This document shows positions 26,847 through 36,548 of a DNA stretch of 64,000 nucleotides, piece by piece; within the stretch, counting starts at the first letter, position 1, and every line of letters begins with the position of its first letter. Below the pieces are notes generated by a model. That model was given only the letters and a program-made list of their open reading frames with translations, did not search any database and was not told the origin of the DNA. Location of the stretch: positions 32,001 through 96,000 of the IMG/VR virus record IMGVR_UViG_3300031994_000035; one strand, given 5' to 3'. This DNA is from a virus (taxonomy: Duplodnaviria > Caudoviricetes). A program made the position numbers and the translations under genes.

Positions 26847-28841
26847 ATGAATTACGAAAAGAAATATAAAGAAGCTCTTGAAAGAATGAAATCTTGGGTA
26901 AAAGGTGAGCATCCTGAATGCTTCTGTGAAGCTCAAAAGGCTGCCGAATTTGTTTTCCCTGAACTCAAAGAGAACGAGGACGAGAATATAAGAAAAGCCA
27001 TCAAGTATGGTCTTGACCATGTGTTTACTAACAACACTACCATCTTTGAAGTCACAAAGGAACAGTGTCTTTCTTGGCTTGAAGGGCAAGATGATCAGAA
27101 ACCTGTTTTGAATGAAGAGGATGAGAAGATGTTTAAATCAATTATTGAATGTATAGATGGAACCGGTTTACTTGATTCAGACCAAATAACTTGGTTTAAA
27201 TCTCTCAAAGACAGAGTTGGTTGTAAAGTGAATTACATGACTACAAAAGAATGGAGTGAAGAAGATGAATATCAAATCAATACAATTCTTCACGGACTTG
27301 ATTTAAAGAGAGCAATTTATAGAAAAGAAAAAAACAAAGTAGAAGAAGATAGATACAATACACAATATAATTGGCTCAAATCCTTCAAAGACAGAGTTGG
27401 TTGTGAAGTGAATTGTACAACCACAAAAGAGTGGAGTGAAGATGATGAATATCAAATCAATACAATTCTTCACATACTTAATTTAAAGAAAGAAATTTAT
27501 AAGAAGAGAGAAAATAAAGTAGAAGAAGATAGATACAATACACAATATAATTGGCTCAAATCTATCAAAGACAAATACAAAGATGCTGTAGAATATGATA
27601 AGGCACGACTTGAAAAACAAGACGAGCAAAAAGAAACACTTTGTGATAAATGCAGGAGAGAACAACCTTATCACTCTTGTCAAGACATTACAGAATTAGG
27701 AAGATGTGTATTAGAACATCAATGTGAACAGAAATCTAATAATGTTGAATCGAAGTTCAAAGTAGGAGACTGGATTATACAGAATGGCGTAGGAACATAC
27801 AAAATTGTAGAGGTTTGCGAGTCTTGGTATGAAGTAGTTGATGCTGAAGACAATCAGTATTCAATCTCTTTTGATAAAGAGTATATGTGCCATCTTTGGA
27901 CTATCCAAGACGCGAAGGATGGTGATGTGCTTACATTTGTCAAGAACGGAACAATTTTTATATTCAAAAACGTTTTGGATAATATGCCATATTCTTATTG
28001 TGGAATAGATTACTTTGCAAGATTTAGAAATTGTATCGAAGAAGGCGGAAAAGAGGGAAGAAATTGGACATCGTCCTTACAAGGTATTTGTCCTGCAACC
28101 AAAAAACAACGTGACATACTATTCCAAAAGATGAAAGAAGCTGAGTATGAATGGGATGCTGAAAATAAATTAATAAGAAGACTTTCTAAATTTCATGTAG
28201 GCGATAAGCTGATTAGTTCAAAGAACCCAAGACTTACTTATAATATTTTGGAAGTTGGACATATCAATGAACTCGGCAACACAGAATATAAAGTAGAAAT
28301 CTTTACTGATGGAAAAGCACAAAATCCTTGTAACATTCTTTATATGGAATGTTGTAAAGTAGATGAATGGGCTGAACTGATTAATCAAAAGTCCAATGAT
28401 AAAGTTGAACCAAAGTTTAAGGCTGGTGATTTGGCTGTTGATAACTGTGGTTATATCTGGAAAATAGAAGGAATCTTAAACCAGTTTTATCTCTTAGAAG
28501 GTGTAGAAGGTGGTGAATCTCGCCCTCCAATAGAATTGGTTAACAAGAACTTTCATCTTTGGACTATTCAAGATGCAAAAGATGGCGATGTACTTTCTTA
28601 TGTAACAGATAAAGGAAATTTGTGGATATTGATTTATAAGTCTTTTTATGAACCTTATGAAGGACATGTTCATTATCACGCACTTCTTGCTAATGATGAC
28701 TTTTCATGTGAAGGTACTTGTTGTATTTCTATTGACAACTTGAAACCATCATCTATAGAACAACGTAAACTTTTATTCCAAAAAATTGAAGAGGTTGGTT
28801 ATAAATGGGATTTAGAAAAGAAAGAACTAATAAATGAATAA
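26847..28841 (+). CDS. Modular paralog family B protein (WLEKQ, FKVGDW, HLWTIQDAKDGDVL, PATK.QR..LF modules)
   Basis: Two HLWTIQDAKDGD modules plus an internal 60-aa repeat. Confidence 0.8.
   Translation: MNYEKKYKEALERMKSWVKGEHPECFCEAQKAAEFVFPELKENEDENIRKAIKYGLDHVFTNNTTIFEVTKEQCLSWLEGQDDQKPVLNEEDEKMFKSIIECIDGTGLLDSDQITWFKSLKDRVGCKVNYMTTKEWSEEDEYQINTILHGLDLKRAIYRKEKNKVEEDRYNTQYNWLKSFKDRVGCEVNCTTTKEWSEDDEYQINTILHILNLKKEIYKKRENKVEEDRYNTQYNWLKSIKDKYKDAVEYDKARLEKQDEQKETLCDKCRREQPYHSCQDITELGRCVLEHQCEQKSNNVESKFKVGDWIIQNGVGTYKIVEVCESWYEVVDAEDNQYSISFDKEYMCHLWTIQDAKDGDVLTFVKNGTIFIFKNVLDNMPYSYCGIDYFARFRNCIEEGGKEGRNWTSSLQGICPATKKQRDILFQKMKEAEYEWDAENKLIRRLSKFHVGDKLISSKNPRLTYNILEVGHINELGNTEYKVEIFTDGKAQNPCNILYMECCKVDEWAELINQKSNDKVEPKFKAGDLAVDNCGYIWKIEGILNQFYLLEGVEGGESRPPIELVNKNFHLWTIQDAKDGDVLSYVTDKGNLWILIYKSFYEPYEGHVHYHALLANDDFSCEGTCCISIDNLKPSSIEQRKLLFQKIEEVGYKWDLEKKELINE
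27192..27571 (+). repeat. 180-bp in-frame tandem duplication
   Basis: TGGnTnAAATC..CAAAGACA recurs at 27192, 27372 and 27552. Confidence 0.85.
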
Positions 28842-28884
28842 ACTATAAGTTATTAAAAAATAACTTTTATAAAGAAAATTAAAA

Positions 28885-29796
28885 TTGATAAAGAATATGG
28901 AAAGAAAAGAGGCAATAGAAATTATAAGAAGCAATTTCCATAATGGAAGTGTTAAGTTAAGTGAGGCATTGAAAACACTCATTCCTGAACTTGAAGAAAA
29001 TGAAAACGATGACGATGGAATAAGAATGGACCTTATTGAGTTTGTTAGACAATATGGTGATAACTATTATGGTCAATTTTCAAAGGCATCCGTAATTTCT
29101 TGGCTTGAAAAGCAAGGTGAGCAAAACAAACAGCATCTATATGATATAATTATATCCCTATGGGGTTTATTGGATAAAATAGATACGTTTGTAGACTTGC
29201 AAATAAATGATACTAGTCAACATAATCCTTTTAGAAAAATAGAGGATATAACACAAGAAAGACATAAATTTGTGAAATCAGATGGATATAATTTGTTCAT
29301 TGATGACTTTATGATAACGAATGATAAAAATTTTGAAAAACAGGGTGAGAAAAAATCTGCAGATAATGTTGGCCCAAAGTTCAAAGCTGGTGATTGGATT
29401 ATCTGCGATGGACTTCATCCTGCACTTATATTAAATGTTGCCGATAATAAGTATGAAATCGAATTTACCGATAATGGTGCTGTAGGGCATCATGCTATTG
29501 ATTTCATAGAGAGACATTGGCATCTTTGGACCATCGAGGATGCAAAGGATGGTGATGTACTTGTAAGCGGTAGTGGCTGCCCGTTTATTTATAAAAATAT
29601 TAATGATAGATTGGCTCTATTTTATTGTTGTGTAAGTGCTGATAATGATTTCCTTATTGGTAATGATAGAAGTTATTGTGGTCTTAAAAAAACAGCCAAG
29701 CCTGCAACCAAGAAACAACACGACTACCTATTCCAAAGAATGAATGATGCGGAATATAAATGGGACGCGAACAAAAAAGAATTGCATGCAATATAA
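28885..29796 (+). CDS. Modular paralog family B protein
   Basis: MERKEAIEI..ALKTLIPEL, HLWTIEDAKDGDVL; probable start ATG 28897. Confidence 0.8.
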   Translation: MIKNMERKEAIEIIRSNFHNGSVKLSEALKTLIPELEENENDDDGIRMDLIEFVRQYGDNYYGQFSKASVISWLEKQGEQNKQHLYDIIISLWGLLDKIDTFVDLQINDTSQHNPFRKIEDITQERHKFVKSDGYNLFIDDFMITNDKNFEKQGEKKSADNVGPKFKAGDWIICDGLHPALILNVADNKYEIEFTDNGAVGHHAIDFIERHWHLWTIEDAKDGDVLVSGSGCPFIYKNINDRLALFYCCVSADNDFLIGNDRSYCGLKKTAKPATKKQHDYLFQRMNDAEYKWDANKKELHAI

Positions 29797-29832
29797 TACT
29801 ACATTAAATTTTTAATACATAAACTTTAAATT

Positions 29833-30846
29833 TTGGTTATGGAAAGAAAAAAAGCAATAGAAATTGTAAGAAAGAATTTTCCTGACAGTAGCTTCACTAT
29901 GTTGTGTGAGGCATTGAAAACCTTAATTCCAGAACTCATAGAGATTGAGGATGAGAAGATAAGGAAAGAAATCCTTGAGGATGAGAAGATAAGAAAAGAA
30001 ATCCTTGATTATTTCAAAGACCTTGATGAACACGGTTATCCGACCAAAGAATGGACTGCTTGGGTTGAAAAGCAAGGTAAACAAAAGTCTAAAGACAAAT
30101 ATACATTTAATTCAATACCTCGCTTGCTTGAAATGATTAAGCCAACAGATAGAGCAAAAAGATATTGCCAAAAGTTGATTGATTCTTTACAGCAAGAAGG
30201 ATATGTTACAGATGCTAAGATAATTAGTAAATGTCTAAAACGAATGAACGGTGAGAAAGTTTCCATAGTCACTATGGATGAAAAACAAGGAGAACCTGAA
30301 TCAAATAATAAAGTTGAGCAAAAGTTTGAGACAATGTTCAAGGTTGGGAATTGGATTGTTACCAATGACGGGATTACTACCAACAATGGTACAAACACGT
30401 TTTTAATAACGAATATTAATTGCGGATATGACTCATTAGGAGAGAATATGATTTATAGACATTACTGCTCATTAGAAGATACTGAAGGTGTTGTTCATTA
30501 TCCTTGTCTACTATCTGAAAATCTCTACCACCCATGGACCATCAACGATGCAAAGGATGGTGACGTAGTTGTCGATAAATCCAATGGAATTATTGGGATA
30601 TTTCAAAGCATAGGACACCACACCGATGGTGGTAGTTATAATGACCCTTCTTATTGTTTCCTACATTGTCGTTATGATGACGGATTCTTTTATGCAGATT
30701 TTGAAAATGGAAATATGATTGATTCTGATAATTTAATTCCGGCTACTAAAGAACAGCGAAATACTCTCTTTGTAAAAATGAAAGAGGCTGGTTATGAATG
30801 GAATGTAAACAAAAAAGAAATAGTTTCAATATCAAAAGATAAATAA
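29833..30846 (+). CDS. Modular paralog family B protein
   Basis: MERKKAIEI..ALKTLIPEL, HPWTINDAKDGD; 30-bp EDEKIRKEIL duplication. Confidence 0.8.
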   Translation: MVMERKKAIEIVRKNFPDSSFTMLCEALKTLIPELIEIEDEKIRKEILEDEKIRKEILDYFKDLDEHGYPTKEWTAWVEKQGKQKSKDKYTFNSIPRLLEMIKPTDRAKRYCQKLIDSLQQEGYVTDAKIISKCLKRMNGEKVSIVTMDEKQGEPESNNKVEQKFETMFKVGNWIVTNDGITTNNGTNTFLITNINCGYDSLGENMIYRHYCSLEDTEGVVHYPCLLSENLYHPWTINDAKDGDVVVDKSNGIIGIFQSIGHHTDGGSYNDPSYCFLHCRYDDGFFYADFENGNMIDSDNLIPATKEQRNTLFVKMKEAGYEWNVNKKEIVSISKDK

Positions 30847-30930
30847 AATATGTAGGTAGAAAGGTTGATTAGTCCAAGCATGTACAATAATATTGTCTAT
30901 AAAAATTGGCTTTTGTAAAAATTTTTCAAG

Positions 30931-30980
30931 ATTTTGATCCAACTTTCAAAAAGTCGTATTATATTTACCTCAACAAATTA
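30931..30980 (+). promoter_or_regulatory. Repeated early-type phage promoter
   Basis: Copy of 4292 motif. Confidence 0.7.
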
Positions 30981-31005
30981 ACATTAACATTAAAATTAAA
31001 CGGAT

Positions 31006-31359
31006 ATGAGTACTAAGAACATTTTAACAGATGAAACTGAAATTGCAATCAATTCATTCAAGAACAGATTGAAATCTTTAGGATTCAAAAAAATAATTGA
31101 CGGATGTGACTATACTACATACCGTTATGACGAACTATGTGAAGACACAAGCAAATCCCTAACATTGGAAATCCAAGAAAAATCAGGAGCAACTACGTAC
31201 AATTTATACACAACGGACTTTGACAATACTAAACCAAAAGGTCATCAGAAATTTATAAAACGTGTATACCGCACAATGGTGTCCTTTAAATATTCTGAAA
31301 AAGAATTTGACAAAATCATCAAGAAATACAAATTCTCGACTCTTAAAAAATCCAAATAA
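31006..31359 (+). CDS. Hypothetical protein
   Basis: ORF after the repeated promoter. Confidence 0.65.
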   Translation: MSTKNILTDETEIAINSFKNRLKSLGFKKIIDGCDYTTYRYDELCEDTSKSLTLEIQEKSGATTYNLYTTDFDNTKPKGHQKFIKRVYRTMVSFKYSEKEFDKIIKKYKFSTLKKSK

Positions 31360-31367
31360 TTACGGTT

Positions 31368-31877
31368 ATGACAAAATCAAAAGCATTAAAATTGCTTAAA
31401 CAGCAATTAGAGAAAGATGATACAGTTCTTATTAGCTTATATGATATATATAAGAAAGAGCTTCGATATAATCAAGAAATCGTAGAGACAAGAGGTAAGA
31501 GCGACTTTCGTCAAGACCTACAGGATTTTGTAATAGAACAGGTGAAGGTTTCAGACCTCATCAAAAACTTGAAAAAAGAAGAGGTCAAACTTCAAGATAT
31601 TGTGATAGACGAAAATAAAATAGCAGAAGAAAAATGCTATATGCCGGAGCTTCGTCCATCATTGACTTACCAAGTGCTTGTGATGGAGATTGAAAAAATC
31701 AAAAAGCCACTAATGATTCCAGCCTACATTGTAGAATCTGTTAATGAACTTAGTGACTTCATACATAATCCTGAAAATAAGAAGATTCTCGACACTCACG
31801 AATATGCTATGAAGAAAATACTTCATGGTTATATCGCAAATGCTTTTACATCAGTAAATAACTCAATGTTCAGGTAA
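31368..31877 (+). CDS. Hypothetical protein, paralog of 4779-5192
   Basis: MTKSKALK N-terminus. Confidence 0.7.
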   Translation: MTKSKALKLLKQQLEKDDTVLISLYDIYKKELRYNQEIVETRGKSDFRQDLQDFVIEQVKVSDLIKNLKKEEVKLQDIVIDENKIAEEKCYMPELRPSLTYQVLVMEIEKIKKPLMIPAYIVESVNELSDFIHNPENKKILDTHEYAMKKILHGYIANAFTSVNNSMFR

Positions 31878-31893
31878 TTAAAAATTTGGAATT

Positions 31894-32388
31894 ATGGAAA
31901 ATTTTAAGACATTCAAAGAATTCAACTTTGACAAAAATGGATACACGGACCTTACAGGTGACAAACAAGAAATAAAGGATTTTCTTATAAAAAACAAAGA
32001 CTCTCTTCCTGTAAAGGCTGAAATAATGGCAAATGCAACAGAATCAGATACAAAGCTTGCAATGCTCTATAACATCTACGGTCTTGTAGACGACTTCGAA
32101 ATTATAGGTGACGACTTGTATATCCTGTTCTATCCTGTATATTTCACATACTACAAATATCATTTTACAAGACCTCTGATACTGAAACATTCCGAGACCG
32201 GGAAAAATCTACGTTTCGACAAAATGTTTTCATTCATAGTACCATACCTGTCAGACCTGCTTACTGGTGCTTTGATGAACGAAGGCTTTTCAAAAGACAA
32301 GGCCATAGAGTGGATGAATAAATCTACCAACAAGGAATACTTTAAAAAAATGACTGGTAGACAAACAGTGAATCCATATGAAAAGTAA
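31894..32388 (+). CDS. Hypothetical protein with MENFKTFKEF N-terminus
   Basis: Shared N-terminal motif. Confidence 0.65.
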   Translation: MENFKTFKEFNFDKNGYTDLTGDKQEIKDFLIKNKDSLPVKAEIMANATESDTKLAMLYNIYGLVDDFEIIGDDLYILFYPVYFTYYKYHFTRPLILKHSETGKNLRFDKMFSFIVPYLSDLLTGALMNEGFSKDKAIEWMNKSTNKEYFKKMTGRQTVNPYEK

Positions 32389-32544
32389 AAAGAAAAATTT
32401 GAAAAGTTTCGTAATATAGTTATTAAATGTTGTTTATTTAATTAAACTATAAAGTCAATAACTTGAAAAGATTTGACAGGAGTTCGAGTTCAAACTATAC
32501 TCCAATAAGTACATTGAAATAATGATAATTTTATACAGCTTGAC

Positions 32545-33188
32545 GGTCTGAAACCTAAGTTTAAATAATTTACTGGAAGAACGCCTGCTTTGTAAAGATG
32601 TAGATTGCAATAATTCAATCGTCTGATAAGTAGGATATTACAGCATCAAGTTGTATTTTAGAAATAATTTTGTGTGCATAGGCGAGAAATCCCTATGTAG
32701 AATCTCCTAAATTCGGTGGAAATCCTTATCCTGATATAGAATCCTAAAACGGTTATGGATATTTTCTATAAAGAGTAGTCGGGAAGAAAGCACTAACTAA
32801 TAATGTGTAAGGACTATACCGAGCGAAAATGAGATAAATACGATGCCAATAGGAGCATAGAAGTAGTATTACTGTTACGCAATATACAGAATCTTATAAT
32901 CGTGTAGACTGAAAGGGAGATACATAAAGTTGGAATTGAGATTTAAGCACCTTTGATGGAGAGGGACGTGAAATGATACTCAGCCTATATGGAATAAGTC
33001 ACGTTGAAATAGCTAAAATATATCTCTACTTGCAAGAATTTCAATATGGTAATATCAGTCAAAACCACAACAAACAATAAGGTTGAAAATCCGAGATTGT
33101 GTAAATCGAAAATGTAATTACTTGTCATTAAGTCTTGTAATGAATTGTTTGTCTATGGTAACATAGTGTGGTAGGGTTTCACAGACCC
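32545..33188 (+). ncRNA. Free-standing group I ribozyme-like RNA
   Basis: P2 32675-32699; P3 ATCTCCT/GGGAGAT; P4 TTCGGT/ACCGAG; P5 TCCTTA/TAAGGA; P7 GACTG(32907)/CAGTC(33056); P9.0 ACCACA/TGTGGT; GTAA tetraloop hairpin 33153-33166; closing stem 32545-32556/33173-33187. Confidence 0.8.
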
Positions 33189-33257
33189 ATTTTAAAACAG
33201 TACATTAAAATTTTATGATTTATAAATTCTGAGATGTAGAAGTTAGAATAAACAGAC

Positions 33258-34154
33258 ATGAAAGTAAAAACAAGAAAATTTCCAGAATGTAATTACAATG
33301 CGACATGGATTGACGGTAAAACATTTCGAATGGGAGATGGTTTTGCTAAAGAATTACCAGCAGACAAATCTGAATTTTATGACATTGCCCTTGGCACAAT
33401 GTGTAACCTAAATTGTCCGTTTTGTTATGCAGAAGCATCAAACAACGGTAAATTCTATGATGATATTTGTCAAAAGGCCGAATTGTTTTTTGGTAACATG
33501 TCAGAAAACGACAAGCCGTTTCAGGTGGCAATAGGAAGTTTGGGTGAACCGACAATACATCCGGATTTTATCAATTTTCTAAAAACAATTGCAAAATTTG
33601 ATATTGTTCCTAATTACACAACAAACGGAATAACATTAACAACAGAAAACGATTTCCGTGACGAATTGTTAAGTGTTACAGATAAATTATGTGGCGGTGT
33701 TGCCATAAGTACAAACGAATGGAATACAAAGATTCAAGAAACGTGGAGAAAGGCAGTAGAAAACTTATCATACTTTACAAAGACAAAGATAAATTTACAC
33801 TATGTTGTTTCAGATGAGAACTCTGTTGTTAGGTTTAAAGAAATTTATGACGAATATAAAGATAGAATCTTTTATTTTGTATTACTGCCAATGATGGATT
33901 CCGGACGTTGTACACAACGGTATAGCGAGAGCGCTTTTAAAAAATTGGAAACTATGTGGAATGATTTCGATGTTTCAAAAATATCATTTGGTGCTCATTT
34001 TTATCCATTATTGAAAGAAAGCAAAATAATTAATTGTTCATTGTACGAACCTGAATCATTTAGTAAAAATTTGATTCTTGACAATCCAATAACGATTACA
34101 AGAAGTAGTTTTGATTTAACAGTTTTAAAAACAATAGAATATGAAAAGAAATAA
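33258..34154 (+). CDS. Radical SAM enzyme
   Basis: CNLNCPFCY (CxxxCxxC), GEPT.HP, NYTTNG. Confidence 0.92.
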   Translation: MKVKTRKFPECNYNATWIDGKTFRMGDGFAKELPADKSEFYDIALGTMCNLNCPFCYAEASNNGKFYDDICQKAELFFGNMSENDKPFQVAIGSLGEPTIHPDFINFLKTIAKFDIVPNYTTNGITLTTENDFRDELLSVTDKLCGGVAISTNEWNTKIQETWRKAVENLSYFTKTKINLHYVVSDENSVVRFKEIYDEYKDRIFYFVLLPMMDSGRCTQRYSESAFKKLETMWNDFDVSKISFGAHFYPLLKESKIINCSLYEPESFSKNLILDNPITITRSSFDLTVLKTIEYEKK

Positions 34155-34734
34155 AATTTTATTCACGTTTAAAATTCAGAGTTTTTCTGATGTTATTACA
34201 AACAGTTCAAGCGAATTGTTTGTATTTGACGACAAAGGAGATGTAGAAAAAGTAAAAGAAATCCTTGATGGTCTTTATCCTGATTGGAGAAGCGAATATG
34301 AAGAGCCTGTCTTATTGAAAGATGCGGATGATGCTTCTGTTGAGTTATATGCTGAATATCTATTGCCAAGGGGCTGGGATTACGACTATCGTGGAGAAAC
34401 AACAGAAGAATGCAGAAATCTTCTTCGTCAAGATATTAAACATTTCTTTAATGAAGACGCAAAAAGATTTTATCCAAATATTGATACTTGGGACCCGAAA
34501 TATAATTGGAGTAATGATAAAAAGTTTAAAAATAAATTATACGAAGATTTAACAAGAGAAGAAAGGAGTGAAATATGGAGTAAACACGAACTCGAGTGTG
34601 ATTATGATGAAGTTGTAAAATACTTAAAAGATAATAGACAAAATGAAGTATTATTATTTTCATTAGGTGATAATCCTGATTGGGATATGCAGAAAAAACT
34701 TCAAACAGTTGCTAACCGCTATCATTTAGGTTAA
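34141..34734 (+). CDS. TNSSS-motif protein 1
   Basis: IQSFSDVITNSSSELF near N-terminus; overlaps the radical SAM stop. Confidence 0.75.
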   Translation: MKRNKILFTFKIQSFSDVITNSSSELFVFDDKGDVEKVKEILDGLYPDWRSEYEEPVLLKDADDASVELYAEYLLPRGWDYDYRGETTEECRNLLRQDIKHFFNEDAKRFYPNIDTWDPKYNWSNDKKFKNKLYEDLTREERSEIWSKHELECDYDEVVKYLKDNRQNEVLLFSLGDNPDWDMQKKLQTVANRYHLG

Positions 34735-34750
34735 AATTTTAATATTAAAA

Positions 34751-35125
34751 ATGAAAAAGAGATTTATTATACAAATTCAGAGTTTTTCTGATGTTATTAC
34801 AAACAGTTCAAGTGAGTTGTTTGCTGTTGGAGATGTAAACAAAACAGCAAAAGAAATAAAAAAATTGCTTATACAAAAGTTTAAAGAATCAGGCGATACG
34901 TGTAGTGGCATGGAAGGATACATAGAAGTTACTCCATATGATGCACCTGATGATATTAATGATTTTGTAATTACAAGTGATAATCTTAAATATGCACGTT
35001 ATCTTAAAACTTGGAAGAAACTAAATATACCACAAAAAGGTTTTTTCATTGATATAGATAAGGGTTTATATAATACGATAGAGTTTATCAGAAATGAATT
35101 AAAAGGATATTTATTAGATTATTAA
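34751..35125 (+). CDS. TNSSS-motif protein 2
   Basis: Identical IQSFSDVITNSSSELF motif, unrelated remainder. Confidence 0.75.
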   Translation: MKKRFIIQIQSFSDVITNSSSELFAVGDVNKTAKEIKKLLIQKFKESGDTCSGMEGYIEVTPYDAPDDINDFVITSDNLKYARYLKTWKKLNIPQKGFFIDIDKGLYNTIEFIRNELKGYLLDY

Positions 35126-35206
35126 AAAGTATACTTGTAAAGTAAAAATGAAAAAGAGATTTATTTTACATCAACAAATTAATATTAACTTTAAAATTAA
35201 ATAATT

Positions 35207-36548
35207 ATGGAAATAGTTCCAAAATCCATAGAAATATGGAAATTGTTTATAATTTAACAATTACCGGGTGAACTACAACGCCCTCTATCCCATCAAAAAA
35301 GACTTTTGGGAATGCTTTTCTCATGATGTTATAGCTTCCGTTCACATCGGCATTTATTTTGTTTCCGTTTTCAGAAACAAACAAGCCTCGATGAACACGT
35401 TTTCCTTTATAAACATCATGCTTTCCAATTTCTTCCAAATCAAGGAAACTACATTTGGATGTGTAGCTTTCCTCGTTTGTAATTACTTTTATCCCCACCT
35501 TTTCGCATTTGTATGAAACCATCTCGACAAATCTACTGTGAGGTATTTGTATGAAGTTCTGGTTGTTTCTTGAACCGGCGTTGCAGTCTTGCTTCCATCC
35601 GTCGTTCTTTCCTATAACCAGAACAGATATGCTCTTGTCTTTTAAATCATTTACTATTCTCTTGCTTGCACGATGCAAGTAGTTGTCAACCTTATTATTC
35701 CTTTTGTTTGTAAGTCTTCTTGTCCTGTGTGAATGCTTTTTCTTATTGACTTTTTCTAATTTTGACTTATATTTTGCAAGTTCCTTGTTATAGAACTGGT
35801 TAATCGATTTCAACGGCTTTCCGTTTATAATTGTCGGCTGTTCTCCTGATGAATATGTTACTGTAGCAAGATTACTTACTCCTAAGTCTATTGCAGCTAT
35901 ATTCTTGTTGAATTTTACTTTTTCTACATCTTCAATGGTATATATTACTTCAATAACATACTGCTCCGTCTTAGGGACAATCCTTATGCAATTTATTGAT
36001 TTAAAGTTATTTATCTTCGTATAAAATTCTATATCTACTTTTGACAGTTTAATTTTATGTGACTTTTCAAAAACCTTCTTTGAAATCGTCTGGTTGTTGA
36101 ATGTTGCAACATACCTCCCATCTTCCTTATGTAAGAATTTCGGGAACTTGACGTTTTTGTTATCAATATTTTTTGAACGAAGCATTCCGAAAAAAGAATT
36201 GCAAGTTGCATGAACTGATCTTAAAGTCGCTTGCGCAACTTTTTGAGGAAGCTGTTTGAAGCATTCTTCATTTTTCATGAAGAAATATGAATCATTCAAA
36301 ATATCATATGTTTTACTTTCCTCGTATTCCTTACGTATCAGATACAATGTCCTGTTATATATGTTCTTTGAAGAAAAGCATAGTAAATCACATTCCTTAT
36401 ATAAGGGATGACTTCTTTTAATAATATGTCTTTCCACCAATTGCATTTCTGTATAATGATACGTTTACTATTTTATTTATATATTTTCAAAAATACTTGA
36501 TTTTTAATTTGTTAAATAAATAGAATTATTTCTATAAATTTTCTATAA
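35207..36548 (-). mobile_element. Non-autonomous TnpB-only element (IS607/IS1341-like); ends approximate
   Basis: tnpB without tnpA; ATRGAAAT repeats in inverted orientation at 35207-35243 and 36528-36548. Confidence 0.55.
35247..36446 (-). CDS. tnpB: TnpB RNA-guided endonuclease
   Basis: AAIDLGVSNL, EESYTSKCS, INADVNGSYNIMRK. Confidence 0.9.
   Translation of the reverse strand: MQLVERHIIKRSHPLYKECDLLCFSSKNIYNRTLYLIRKEYEESKTYDILNDSYFFMKNEECFKQLPQKVAQATLRSVHATCNSFFGMLRSKNIDNKNVKFPKFLHKEDGRYVATFNNQTISKKVFEKSHKIKLSKVDIEFYTKINNFKSINCIRIVPKTEQYVIEVIYTIEDVEKVKFNKNIAAIDLGVSNLATVTYSSGEQPTIINGKPLKSINQFYNKELAKYKSKLEKVNKKKHSHRTRRLTNKRNNKVDNYLHRASKRIVNDLKDKSISVLVIGKNDGWKQDCNAGSRNNQNFIQIPHSRFVEMVSYKCEKVGIKVITNEESYTSKCSFLDLEEIGKHDVYKGKRVHRGLFVSENGNKINADVNGSYNIMRKAFPKVFFDGIEGVVVHPVIVKL

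Noticed and set aside
27192-27571. CRISPR array or DGR template/variable repeat
   Set aside because: The repeats are in-frame coding duplications without spacers, differences are not adenine-specific, and no reverse transcriptase is in the window.
32545-33188. GOLLD/ROOL-type large RNA, or an intron in a protein gene
   Set aside because: The pairings fit a group I core; flanking ORFs are complete and no split reading frame or tRNA halves were found.
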